A DNA stretch of 64,000 bases from Lama glama (taxonomy: Eukaryota), in the NCBI GenBank assembly GCA_028534125.1, contig CM052832.1, forward strand, positions 14,882,001 to 14,946,000, in the 5' to 3' direction. Numbering within the stretch: the first letter of the stretch is position 1; every line of letters begins with the position of its first letter. Below the pieces are notes generated by a model, which worked only from the letters and a program-made list of their open reading frames with translations, was not told the DNA's origin and ran no database searches. A program made the translations under genes and the position numbers. Shown here piece after piece: positions 40,440 through 53,312 of this stretch.

Positions 40440-42985
40440 GTTCATGTATAGGGCTATTTATCATAGCATTGTTTTAATAGCAGAAACTGGAAATGCCCAA
40501 AATGTCCATCAAGAGGTCTGGTTAAATAAATTATGGTACATCTGTATAATAAAAATCTCCAGTAGTTACTGTATGATTTCATTTACATGAAGATTCGGAA
40601 CAGACAAAACTAATTTGTCTGTGGTGGTATAAATCACAATAGTGTTTGCCTCTGGGTCAGGGACATTGACAGGAAAGAAGTGTAGGGAATTTTCTAGGGA
40701 GATAGAGATGTGTATCTTTATAGGGGTGTGGGTTCAAGTGCATGCATAAGTCAGACTCATGAGACTGTGCCTTGATGGTCTATACATTCCAGTGTGCATG
40801 AATTACACTTCGGTTACAACAAAGCGCATTTCCTAAAAATGGAAAACAACAGAAACAAATGAATCTAACCGTATACCAAGCTTGTGGCATAATCATACAG
40901 AAAATAAATCTTTCATGTGACTTTAAAACAGTATTTTGATTGAACATCTCTAGTGGGATCTATCCATACGCTAAGAACTACAAAGAAATCTTAAACTGTA
41001 CTTTGTTTTATGGTTAATAGTATTGTTAGTTTGAAACTTTTAAATTATAGGACAACTCAAATAGATAATTATGTTATTGTTAGATTCAACATTAAAGAAT
41101 TTAAGCATTAAATCCAAGAAGTTAAAAAGCTTAGTACCTTTAAATCTGAAATGGAAATACCAGTGTGACATATGATTTATTTTTCTTTTCAAGTATTATT
41201 CTTTTATTTTCTTTCTAATAGTACATATTTCTTGTCTGTCATTGAAAAGGCTTAGAAGCAATGACAACATAATAGCATCCAGTACCTAAATTGAAGTCTT
41301 TAAATGTCATTTCCCGCTGAAAGGAACAGGGGCTCCTTAGAGAAACAGTTGAATTTACATCTGGAGCCAGAAGTACTTAAGATGAGCTTGAGATATTGTA
41401 CAATAACAAACAGCAAGAAAACTATCCAAGATTAAAGATTTATGTCTGAAAGACATGAGTTAAACAAGATTTGTGAAACATTACTGGTAGTATCTATGTG
41501 GTAGGCATATGGGTGGTTACTATACAGTTCTTTCAACTTATCTGTATGCTTGTCAGTTTTTATAATGAAGTGCTGGAGAAAAAGGGGACAGGAGCCACCC
41601 TGAAGCTGTTCTGGCTGGTTAAAGATGGGAGCATCAAAAGATAAATGACTGCATTTGATTGAAACACTGAAATATAAAAATCTAGTCAATGATGCAGCAA
41701 TAACAAGGTGTTTGGGGGTTGCTTAGGCGCTATCTCATTATTCTGAAATTAGTAAATAAGGAGGAAAAAAATCAAGCATTTACTTTGCCTTTCCTATATT
41801 TACCTCTACTCAAACAGTCAAGGAAGGAGATTGCTTCTTTATAGAATTCCAGCTAATTAATAATTATAGAAGGGACAATAGAATCAGTAAATGACCACTT
41901 ACGTTCCCTAATGAGATCATGGATATAGATGGCTGTCATTAATAGATACTAAAACCATTAAATGAAAGGCTGATGGTGAGTTCTGTAATGGACATCATGT
42001 GACAATATTTAAAACCACAATTTTATCTTCTCATCACTAAAAATGTTGTCAGATCTTATGTAACTCACAGTGCAGTGTGATAGGAGGCATGTAGCACCAT
42101 CAGTGAAGTTTTCTTGCCAAAACACCAAATCCCAGACTGATGAAGCTTCAAGATCTAATGACCTGGGTACAGGAAATATGGGGTCTGCTAGAGGAGCAAG
42201 TTGACCGTTACCACAAGGGACAGCATTAGCAAATGCAAGAATTGAGAAATACTACAGGATAAATGATCTGTTTTCTTCAACAAATAAATGACTTGAAAAC
42301 AAAGAGCCAGGTCAGGGAACTGTTTTAGACTAAGACTTGTCATATCAACCAAATGCAATGTATGGACCTAGTTTGGTTCTTCATTTAAATAAACCAATTA
42401 TAAAATAACATTTTCAAAACAATCGGAGCAATTTGAATATGGCCTATTTAATAGATGGTTATAGGAAATTGTTAATTTTTTTAGGTATAATAATGACATT
42501 TTTTTAAGCCCTTATCTGTTAGTGGTATATAATTGAAAGTATTTAGTGGTAAAATATATTGATATCTGGGATTTGCTGTAAAATATCCTGGGAGTAGGGA
42601 ATAGGTAAAACACGGTGAAACATTAATAATTATTTAAGCTGAGTAATACTTGGAGATTCATTATATTTTCTCTCTACTTTGTGTATGTTTGGAATTTTCT
42701 AAAAGAAGTTTTAGAAAATACCACATGATCATTAAAAAAAAAAAAAGGAAGTTCTTTGGTATGTAGTGATGAAATGATCTCCATGATTTAAGTGAAAACG
42801 TGAGATACAACAATGTGTATGGTGGGTTACTATTTGTGTTAACAAAGATGAAAGAAAAAAATATTCAAGACATCTTCATAAGAAGTGCCTCTGGAAATGG
42901 AGGTAGGAGACAAGGTTTCTCATTGCATATTCTTTTGTACCTTTTCAACATGTGCAGTGTGTACTATTGAAAAAATAGATTCTAA
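40440..42985 (+). mobile_element. Old L1 3'-UTR fragments (L1MD/ME-like)
   Basis: aaatgtccatcaa...taaataaattatggtacat, gacatatcaaccaaatgcaatgtatggacct-type motifs. Boundaries approximate. Confidence 0.6.
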
Positions 42986-43258
42986 AAAAATAGAATTAGG
43001 AACTACAATTCTAGACACATAAACTTGTGTAATTTTAGAACAATGGATTGTTAATGGTGGAAGGGTTTTAGAGATTATTTGGACCACCTCATTTAAAAAC
43101 AAAGCTGAATTGTATACATATATATTTTTTTTAATTTTTTGCAGTTGTGTGGCTGATTGGCTGTAAGAGGCAGACTTGTAACCTGTCTCCTGACCATCCT
43201 CTATAAAGTAGACAGCATACAACTTGATTTAAATTTTAACATCTTAAATTAGATTGAA

Positions 43259-43414
43259 GGGGGAGGGTATAGCTCAAGTGGTAGAGCACATGCTTAGCAT
43301 GCAGGAGGTCCTCAGTTCAATCCCCAGTGCCTCCAAAAGTAAATAAACCTAGTTACCTCCCCTCACCAAAATAAAACAATTAAATAATACAATAGTAAAT
43401 AAAACATAAAGCTA
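43259..43414 (+). mobile_element. Vic-1-type SINE
   Basis: GGGGGAGGGTATAGCTCAAGTGGTAGAGCACATGCTTAGCATGCAGGAGGTCCTCAGTTCAATCCCCAG plus A-rich tail; perfect TSD ttaaattagattgaa (43244-43258, 43415-43429). Confidence 0.94.
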
Positions 43415-44582
43415 TTAAATTAGATTGAAATATGATTAATATATTGGGGACACAATACCTGCCTTTTTACAGCGTATTCCTATAGCTGTAAGACTGTGTG
43501 TGGGAAAATAATGCAGTTTATGGATGTCAGGAATGCTGTTCCTGTGGCCTCATTTGTTTTAATGACCTCAAGAAACATGAGCATTCTAAATATTTCATTC
43601 ACCCCATTTGGCTTTCAGAAATTTCCTAGGGAATAATGCTTGGCATTCTTTTGGGTCAATTATAAAAGTCTTCAATGCTTGTTCTAAAATATTCAAGCTG
43701 TACACAAGGTTTTAAAGTGAAATGCCTCCTCCTCCTTAGAGCCATTGATTGTACTGTACAGAGACTATTGTTTCTTGGGTGAATGCTTTCAAATGGACTT
43801 CTAAATTGTGGTTTTGAAGTTCTCACAATATACAGAGAGTGTAGGAAGCTTAAGTTCTCCTATAGTATCTCAGACTATTTTTCCCTTTCCCACCTGCTCC
43901 TCTCCTGTGTTTCTCTTTTGAGAAATGGATATCTCTGTCCAACTATTGACCTCAGTTAGAAACCATAGCTTCTACATCCCTTTCACCGCACCCTCATTTC
44001 TGACTAGTTACTGGATCCTGTCATTGCTGTCTCCTAAATATGACTTGAACCCATTTGCTGCTTCCCATCTCCAGGGATGCTGATTATATGCTGCTCCCTT
44101 ATTCTCTGACTGAACTCTCTGCCCCCCCCATCACTCATTCAGCTTCCATATTCAAGCTTCTGAAACACAAGTGAGATTGCCATTTTCCTCCCCCAAAACC
44201 AAGGAGAATTCCCAGTTGCCTTCAGTTGTTGTAACTCTTTGATGAGCTTTTTATACGGACTTTTTATACTGGTCTCAGTTAATTTATCAGCCTTCTCTGT
44301 TGCACACTTCCTCCTTCTTGTCACTTACCCTTCACGGTATCAAACTAGTTGAATTTCTTGGCATACCCTGGGATAATGTACTGTTGCCTGCATCTGTGGC
44401 TTTGTAATTGCAGTGCCCTTGCCTGGAACACCTCTCTTTTCTAGTCTCAGTAAATTTCTCCTCTAGGCCCAGATCAAATGTTCCCTCTTGAGCAGTATTC
44501 TGAGGTCCTCTCAGAATCTTCTTTCCTCCTTAGTTGTCCTTATGAACATGATGATATGCCTCCTTGGGCCCTTCATTAGATT

Positions 44583-44943
44583 AAGGGCTGGCAAACTTTT
44601 TCCATGAAGGACCAGTTAGTAAATATTTTTGCCTTTATGGGCCACATGATCTCTGTGAAGACTACTCAACTTTGCCATTGTAGCTTGAAAGCATCCATTG
44701 ACTAGGAAAATGAATGAGCATGGCTGTGTTCTAATAAAGTTTATTTATGGACACTACAATTTGAATTTGATTCTTTTCTTTTTTTTAACATTTTTTATTG
44801 ATTTATAATCATTTTACAATGTTGTGTCCAATTTGATTCTTTTCAACCTTTTGAAAATGTGAAGACCATTCTTAAGTCATTAGCCATAGAAAAATAGGTG
44901 GTAGGCTAGATTTGACCCATGGGCCACAGCTTGCCAGATCTTG
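44583..44943 (+). mobile_element. MER58-type hAT-Charlie MITE, interrupted by a micro-L1
   Basis: agggctggcaaacttttt...actactcaactttgccattgtagc...tggctgtgttctaataaagtttattta...gatttgacccatgggccacagcttgcc. Confidence 0.82.
44779..44829 (-). mobile_element. 51-bp extreme 3' end of an L1
   Basis: Minus strand reads ggacacaacattgtaaaatgattataaatcAATAAAaaatgttaaaaaaaa; perfect TSD aatttgattcttttc (44764-44778, 44830-44844). Confidence 0.85.
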
Positions 44944-47786
44944 CATTAGAGAGTGGGCTATTCAAGTGTAGGCTTTATATATTTTTATGTATCTCTGCGC
45001 ACCTCCCCTCCATGCCTCAGTTCATTTCTAAGCAAATAATGACTAGACAGCAGTGTTTTTTGAGTAAATGCTTAAGTAAAGAATTACTTGAAATATGCTA
45101 GTTTCTAAACAAATGTGAAAAATAATGAAACTTCACATTGAGAATTATTAGTCATTTTTTTGTATTTATTAATAAACATTTTCAGAAAAGAAAGTGTAAG
45201 AAAAAGTTGCATGATTTAGAGGAGTTCACAGTCCCTTGCTCTATAGAAGACAGCTCTGGCCAGGAAAGATGTAAAATAAGCAAATTGTCTGTTCATAGAA
45301 GGGAATAGTGAAAAGTGCTTCAGATTCTTAATTTGAATCAAAGACTAGTTTAAAGTGTCTTCTCCATCTTTTCCTTTTCCTTGTACCTAGCCTGGAGAAA
45401 ATCATGCCATAGCTTTATCCAGTAGTGGCTAAGTTTTCAGAGGATTTTTCATATGGGGCTAGCTACATGACGAATGTACCAGGCTCTCGGTCCCCTAATG
45501 GTCAGTCAGGCATATAGACTATGGTTTGAATCCTGGCTCATTGCTGACCCTTTCTTTGCCCTTCACCACATCACCAAATCATCTGTTTTGGTTTCCTCAT
45601 CCCTGTAATGGCGATAATTATATAATGCCTGGCTTGTATGATTGTTTGAAAACTGGAGGTAGTATATTAAAAATAGAGTATGTCAAATAGCAGCATCTAG
45701 CATAAAGTGAGCAGTGAGGGAATACTACCTGCTGTTGTTCTTATTTACTTCCCCCCCGTGTTAGTCTTTTTTTTTTCTTTTTTTCCCAGCAGTATTTACA
45801 AGAGTTGTGGGAGGGGGTTAAGATTTACAGGAACAACTCAATCATTCCAGTAAGTTATGTTCAGACAGTGTGATCTAGCAACTTTAAGACTTTGTTTTTA
45901 TTTTTATGTAACCCCAAATACAGCCAACTTTACTGGTTTCTTTAGTCGTCTTTTTAGAAATTAAAAAAGTTATTGAATACCAGGCAGTATAAAGTGCTGT
46001 GTGTGGTTATCTTAACATTTGGACATTAATTTGGGAAGACGGGGCAGGATACTCAATCCCTTAGAACTCTAGCAGTATACTCCATACCCTTGGACTCAAA
46101 CTTAAGAATAATATTTGTGTATAATAGTTTATATCTATGACTACCTTTTTATATTGCAGAGTAAAAACTACAGAATATCTGTTCATAGCACAGTCTTTGT
46201 ACTAGGCAGGGAATTTCCTCTTTTGTTAAATAAACAACCTGATTAGCTAGATAAAATGAAGGGATTTTGTAAACTGACTGCTTATGTCAACTTGTTCCTC
46301 CTTTTTATCAGTATTTTGAGCTCTTGGGTGGGGGAAGAATAGCTAAAAGATAAAATGGCTCTAAAACTCTGGAATTGAAACTATTAGCTCTTGGCCCTAT
46401 GATGATTTATTGCTTTAATTTGAGCAAGTTATTTTAACTCATACTCAGCTTTACTTATCTATTAAATATTTTATAGGTCCTTGTGTGCAAGAACTTGTGG
46501 CAGCTATTCTTTAAAACATTCTGTAAAAAAATAGTAATTTTATTTGGAATCCAAACAACTGCAGATGATTATTCACTATTATGTTGGTCTTATTTTCTAA
46601 GAAGGGATGCATAAATGGTTAGAACATGCTTGACTGTAGAAGCAGTTTTCAGGGCATGTCACAGATTTGACAGGGTGCAGCCTTTATGCCATCTGGGCTA
46701 CCAGCAGATCTGGCAGTAATGGCATTGTTGACAAGTTGTCAAATGCCAGGGGCATTGTATTGTTGGAATTGAGATTATGTGAGGTGCATTACTATAGGGA
46801 ATTTTCTGGAAATTAGTAATATGTCTAAGATATATAGCTTGCTAACCAGGATTTTCCATGATGTAGATCATCACCATAGATAATTGATTTTTTAAAGAAA
46901 ATATTTCCAGAACTTTAACCTGGGATACCTAGAGTATAGCTACCCCTGCTATACTATTGGCAGTGGGAATGGAAACTTGCCAGACACCAAGGGGAGTGGA
47001 AGGTACGTAGTGGGAGTGGGATTGGCTCCTCCAGCCAGAGCTTTGCAAATGCACATATTCTCTCCTTTATTAGTCTTATCCTGGCTGGAAGGGAAGGAGA
47101 ACATTGTTTCTCAGATCTCTGTCTCTTTCTCTCTTTTTAGCTCCAGTCCCACATTTATATGATTATCTACTAGAAATATTATTAGACATCTCATTGAACT
47201 CTCAGATTCTTATGTTCAGACAACAACTTCCCTGTGGTTCCCTCCTCCACTCACCCTTCCACATTCTCCTTGGAAGGCAGTTCCACCACTGACCTGGCCC
47301 ACATCCTGTCAGTCACCTGGGCCTGTGGACTCTTCCTTCTATATATCTGAAATCTGTCACTTCCTTCCAACATGCACTTTTTTCCTCGTTCTTTCTCAGC
47401 CTGAATTAACTGCAGACACATATCTGTTACCAGGTTTGCCCATCTCCAGCCCAAGTCAGAGTGACCTTTCTAAAATCCAAATTAGGTTATGTCATTTCTC
47501 GACTCTAACAACTTCAGTTACTTACCCACTGTCCTCAGGTTTCAGTCCAAACTCTTTATAATTGGACCCTGGCCTTTTTGTTCAACCTTCGTAAGTAACC
47601 CCATCTGTATGCTCTCTGCACTTTTTTTTTTTTTTTTGAAGCTGTTGTTTGTTCTCTCAGCCACTGGTCCATTCTTTCACTTGCTCATCGAACATTTATT
47701 GGCCAGTTGTACGGGTCAAGCTCTGTGCTTAAGGATAGAGTGTGAGGCAATCAACAGGTCCTGAAATCTCTCACTGACCTTTCACA

Positions 47787-48160
47787 CTGTTGGTCAGGAT
47801 AGACTAGGTTATGCTGCCATAACAAATTTAGCCTGAAATCTCATTGTTTTAACACAACAGAGTTTTATTACTTGTGATGATGCCTATCAGTTATGGGTTT
47901 TCAGAGGTCTTCTGTCTTCTATTCAGGGGGCTCAGGCTTATAGTTATACCAGCTGGAACTCACTGTGAGTTGGTCACTGTGACAGAGGAGAGAGACTAGA
48001 TGGGCCTCTCCCTGTCTCAGCCCAAAAGTGACCTGTGTCCCTTCTGCTCATATTTCATTACCCAGAACTAGTCAGGTGTTCCCATGTAACAACAAGGGGA
48101 GGTTGGATACTGTAGAAAAGAACATGAAATATCTGGTGAACATTTTGGTCCCTAGCACAG
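47787..48160 (-). mobile_element. Old MaLR LTR (MLT1K/L-like)
   Basis: gtcaggatagactaggttatgctgccataacaaa...aaatctcattgttttaacacaaca is a typical antisense MLT1 terminus. Confidence 0.6.
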
Positions 48161-50041
48161 TCACTGAAATATAATCAGTCACCTACTTCTTGTTGGTCTC
48201 ATCCACTGGACTTCAAATTTTTCTGAAGCTGAGGCTCTGCAGCTGAGGCTGTATTTGCCTTGCTTTGTGTCCCAGCACATGAGCATACAGTAGGCTTCTG
48301 ATGATTATTTTGGTTGAATAAATATCCTTTTCGAACTTGGATTCAACTCAAGTCACTTCCCTTAAGAAACCTTCCGTTACCACCCCTCTACTACCTCCCC
48401 CTACCCTGGGTTAGGTGTCTCTTTTCAGTGTCATTGTGGTATCCTGTGCATACCTCAACCAAAGCACTTGTTGCCTTGTATTAGTACTCTTTAAATTGTT
48501 CTCTTTCCACTAGTTACTCAGTTTAGATCTTTAGGGCGAGGACTGGCTTTCTTTTATATATATCCTTTTGAAAATTCGTATTAAGCAATATTAAAGCAAT
48601 TTTTAAAAACCTAAGAAATTAAACATTACTGTTTCACCTGAAGCCCTTTGCGTAAATCTCCTTCCCACTAGGTGTATCATTCCCATACTTTTCTAAATTC
48701 TGTCACTGTACACATGTCCCTAAGCAATATAATGATTTTTCCCTGTGTCCATGTGGATACCATATTGTCCCAGGAGGTCCACGTGTATCGTGAATTGAAG
48801 AGTTCGTATATGGATAGATGTGTTTTGTGGGTTCATTTATCCATCTCTGTATGGGTATCACCTGTCTTAATGACAAGAGCTTCACAAAAGGTCTGATAGC
48901 TGGTTGGCCAGTCCCCCACTTTGATCTGCCTCAAGATTGCAAAGGTTTTAATCTCTGCATCTCCCATTCCTGGCTTATGATAATGCCTAATGAATATTTG
49001 TTGAATAAATGACAAATTCTTTTTTTTTCTTGGTGTGTCATTTTCAGAATCTTTTAGGAGCTTTGCCATTTAATTTCTTTTTAGATAATTGGTATTTAAA
49101 AATCAAGTTTCAGAATAAGAATTTACTGATCAGTACACCACCTACTATTTTATAAGGTAGGAAGGAGTAAAGCCTCTGGTTAAAGTAAGGAATATTTTGT
49201 TTTGGTTTTTGCAGTGCATTTTCAATGGGTTGTCAAGGAAACTTACTGAAGAGAAGAACCTATTTATTGGTAATAGCATTTGCTTTGAACTATGACTGTA
49301 AAGTAATGTGGCTTGCTTTCTCCAGCCTCAGGATGATATGTGGCCTTACTTCATACAGTCATGCTTTGAATGTACAAAACAATAACACTGGCTAGATTTA
49401 CTAGTTAATATTTCACATTGATTGAAATTTAGAAATTAAATTATACTGTTATAATATGTTACAGGTTTCCTTTTCTTTGCTTTAGCTTTGAAGTGTCTCT
49501 GTAAAGGTCTTTCATTTGGACTATAACCTAATTGGATGGCCCTAGTTGGCATTTGAAGCAAATGCTTAGGTTTATAATGTCTAGTTAACACTTTGCCAGG
49601 AAGTGGGAGAACTCTAGGAAGAAGGATTACATGTTGTTATGTATTTAACAATCAGTAAAGGATTAACCCATTTGTCAATTTTTTCTCCTTGAATCTCTCT
49701 TGTCAGTTAGGTAGAATATTACTTAAATGTTATTGTCTAGACTCTTTGGGGGACTTTTTTTGTTTACAATTTTTGGCTTGAATTAACAAACATGATTATA
49801 CTTGGGTTTATTTCTCTTTTGATAAGGAATTTTTAAAAATGTAATATTAGCCATAATTATTAAGGAGAATGGATGTGGCAGTGATCTCCTTTTTCCTTAA
49901 TGAAAATAGTATATTACTTTAGCGTTATAATTTAATATAATAAAATTAAGGATAATCTTCTGGAAGGCCAGTCCTCTGACATGTAGACTCTGAAGAAGAA
50001 AGTAATGGCACTGACTACATTAGCTTTTAAAAAATTACTGT

Positions 50042-50466
50042 AATTTTATAAAGTGATGGACACCCCATCAGGAGATTTGTAAGAAAGTAACAATTGATGC
50101 TTTCATGAATGGATCATACTAAGTGAAATAAGCCAGAAAGAGAAAGAAAAATACCATATATGATATCACTTATATGTGGAATCTAAAAAAAGGACACAAA
50201 TGAACTTATTTACAAAACTGAAACAGACTCACAGTCATAGAAAACAAAGTTATGGTTACCAGAGGGGAAAGGAGGGGTGGTAGGAATTCCAGATTTGCAG
50301 ATAACTAACTACTATATATAAAATAGATAAACAACAAGGTCCTACTGTATATCACAGGGAACTATATTCACTACCTTGTAATAAACTATAATGAAAAAGA
50401 CTATGAAAAGGAAATATATATGTATAACTGAATCACTATGCTGTACACCAGGAATTTTTCAAAAGA
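50042..50466 (+). mobile_element. Short L1 3'-region insertion with an unassigned 5' segment
   Basis: L1 sequence from ~50112 (atcatactaagtgaaataagccagaaagagaaag) to ~50452 (gctgtacacca); perfect 15-bp flanking repeat ttaaaaaattactgt (50027-50041, 50467-50481). Confidence 0.8.
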
Positions 50467-50495
50467 TTAAAAAATTACTGTGATATTAAAACTGA

Positions 50496-51903
50496 TTTTA
50501 TTGAGCTAAAGTTCACATAACATAACAACCATTTTATTTATTTATTTGGTTGGTTTTAAAATATTTTAATTAAGAATTATTTCCAATTTACAGATCACGT
50601 TTGGAATAAAATGACAACTATTTATGTACCCAGTGCTACCAGAGCATAGCATTTACTCATTTTCTTTCTTTTTTAATTTTTATTTCTTATAGCAACCATT
50701 TTATTTTATTTTATTTGTTTTTTGAAATATGGAACACTTCGCAAATCTTCATGTCATCCTTGCACAGGGGCCATGCTAATCTTCTCTGTATTGTATAACA
50801 ACCATTTTAAAGTGTACAAGTCAGCAGCATTTAGCAACCACCACTTCTATCTAGTTTCAAAACACTTTCCTCATTCCAAAATAAAACCTTGTACCCATTA
50901 AGCAGTTATTCCCTATTTGTCCCTTCCTCCAGTCCCTGGCAACCACCAATCTGCTTTCTGTCTCTATGGATTTACCTCTTCTATATATTTTATATAAATG
51001 GAATTTTACAGTATGTTGACTTTTTGAGTCTGGCTTTCCCTTTCCATAATGTTCTTAAAGTTCATCCACTGTGTCACATGTATCAGAACTTCGTTACTTT
51101 TTATGGCTAAATACTAATCCTTGTATGTATATGCCACATTTTGTTTAGCCATTCATCCATTGAAAGACATTTGAGTTGTTTCTGTTTTGGTTCTTGTGAA
51201 TAAATGCTACTATGAACATTTGTGTCTAAATGTTTGAGTACCTATTTTCAGTTCTTTGGGGGTATGGTATATACCTGAGAGTGGAATTTCTACACCAAAT
51301 GGTAATTTTATGTTTAACTTTTTTCAGGAACCACCAGACTGTTTTCCACAGTGCCTAAAATATTTTACATTCCTACCAGCAATGTATGAGGGCTCCAGTT
51401 TCTCTACATTCTTGTTAGTACTTGTTCTTTATAAAATTATAGCCATTCTAGTGGGTGTAGTGATATCTCATGGTGCTTTTACTTTGTACTTTCCTAGTGA
51501 TTAATGATGTTGAGTACCTTTTCGTGTGCTTATTGGCTTCTTAGGAGAAATGCTATTTGTTGTTTTGTCACTGAGTTGTAAGAGTTCTTTATATATTTTT
51601 GGATACTGGACCCTTATCAGATGATTTACAAATAAATATTTCCTCCCTTTCTGTAGGTCGTGTTTTCACATTCTTGATAATGTCCTTTGATGCACAAAAG
51701 TTTTAAATTTTGATGAATTTGAATTTATCAGGGTTTTTTTTTGTTTTGCTTCTCAAGCTTTTGTTGTCATGTCTAAGAATTTGCCCTATCTTACCAAATC
51801 CAAGGTCATTAAGATTTATCCCTGTTTATAGTTATAGCTCTTATATTTAGGTTGCTGGTCCATTTGAAGTTAATTTTTGTATATGGTGTGAAGTAGGAGT
51901 CTA
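50496..51903 (-). mobile_element. L1 3' fragment (L1MB-like), host of the tandem retro-inserts
   Basis: ttttattgagctaaagttcacataacataa...ttttaaagtgtaca...cccctggcaaccacc-type motifs through ttaatttttgtatatggtgtgaagtagg. Confidence 0.82.
50725..50794 (-). pseudogene. 5'-truncated U6 snRNA retrocopy (3' ~70 nt of U6)
   Basis: Minus strand reads ACAATACAGAGAAGATTAGCATGGCCCCTGTGCAAGGATGACATGAAGATTTGCGAAGTGTTCCATATTT, matching U6 from the ACAGAGA box to the 3' end; A-rich tail 50704-50723; TSD 50688-50703 / 50794-50809. Confidence 0.93.
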
Positions 51904-53312
51904 ATGAGGAGTCTTATTTAAAAGCTTAATTTCACAGAACCTCTACGTTGTATTTTTAATATCACTTGATTAAACATATACATCAATCAAATACTACTGT
52001 GGACTTTATCTTATTTTAAGTTATTCTGCGTTGTATTAATCAAAGCAGAGTTTATATACATTTAAAAATAGTGCTTGTAAGTGTAAGACATTATTTTCAC
52101 AGTCCATGGGCTCTGTCTTAGTGACTGTATATGGACTCATGGATTTCCTTCTTATAACTCCGTAGTCCCCTCTGAGTCTGCAGACCACAGATTTTGTAGA
52201 GGAACATCAGGAGACTCTATCACAACAGGAAGAAAAGGGATAAAAGATGAAGAAAAAGGTAGAATTTCCGAGGCCGAATAGTTGCAGAGCCCTTAAGGGG
52301 GAGAGAGGAGATGACTGGAAGGTAGGTAACTAGAAGTCAGTGGTGGAGTCTGTGAGAGCTAGAGAGGAGGGAGTGATATTTTATGGCAACAAGGATGACT
52401 GCAGAGTAGAGGTTAAGTGCTGGAGGATGAAGGGGTGGGTGGGGAATATGGTTTGGAGTAGGGATGGAGGTTCAGAAGACATCATCAGAAAGTGGTTGTT
52501 TAGGGAGCAGTTGAGGATTCCTTTAGTTTTGGAAATAATGCCAACCCAGCTCTACCTCCAAATGAGGAGTCCAGCTATTTAGCATCTGTCCTAGAGAGTG
52601 GTAAGGAAAAAGAACTAGGGAAGTTCTAGATTTTATTTCAACCATGACTAGAATGTTGGTTACGTTTGAATTAGTAACCTGTATTCTGAAACGGTTTTGT
52701 GTATGTGTTTGGTTGCTTTCTTTTCATTTCTTAATAAAATTTCCTAGTAGAAGAATTCCAGTTTTATCTCAGCTGAAAGTATGACGCAAAGAAATGTTTC
52801 CACTCCTCATGTTAGAGAGACGGTTAGGTTCACAGAGCACACTTAGAGCTTAGGATGATGTGTAGTATTGGCCTGTGGCCATCTGATGGGAGTGGGAATT
52901 GGGACACACAGGAATGAGAACCTTGAAGAGAAAGTTGGGACTGTGGTGCCAACTAGGCCAAGGCCAGCTCTTGACAGCACTCACAGGCTCATCAGTGACA
53001 GTCCTTTTTTTAAAGTGTCATTGTCAGCTCTGTGTTCAAAGGGCTTTAGAGAAAGGAACAAAGGAGAGGATAGATAGGACAAGTGGCTAAGTCTGAGGGG
53101 GAGGGTATACTGGTTCAGATGCCCTTCTGCTTTCACTAGACAGATTGTCTGCTTTTCAAACAAACAAAAGCTACCCTACAGGAAGTGATTTGGAGAGGTA
53201 AAAACAAAGAATGAGTCTTAGGTACTTTTTTTATTGTGATGTTTAAACTCTGAATTTGTATGAATGTGTCTTTTTTGAGTTTTTAACTGTCCATGCCACC
53301 TCTGACTTCCAG

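Larger units (their letters stand above)
6712..53312 (+). other. NUDT3: NUDT3 intron 1 (46,601 bp, GT-AG)
   Basis: Bounded by the exon 1 donor and exon 2 acceptor; the spliced reading frame is continuous. Confidence 0.93.

Noticed and set aside
43259..43335. tRNA-like sequence
   Set aside because: It is the head of a SINE with AT-rich tail and TSDs, not a tRNA gene; the same applies to the other five copies.
50725..50794. Functional U6 snRNA gene
   Set aside because: Lacks the 5' third of U6 and any upstream PSE/TATA, has several substitutions, and has a tail plus TSD.
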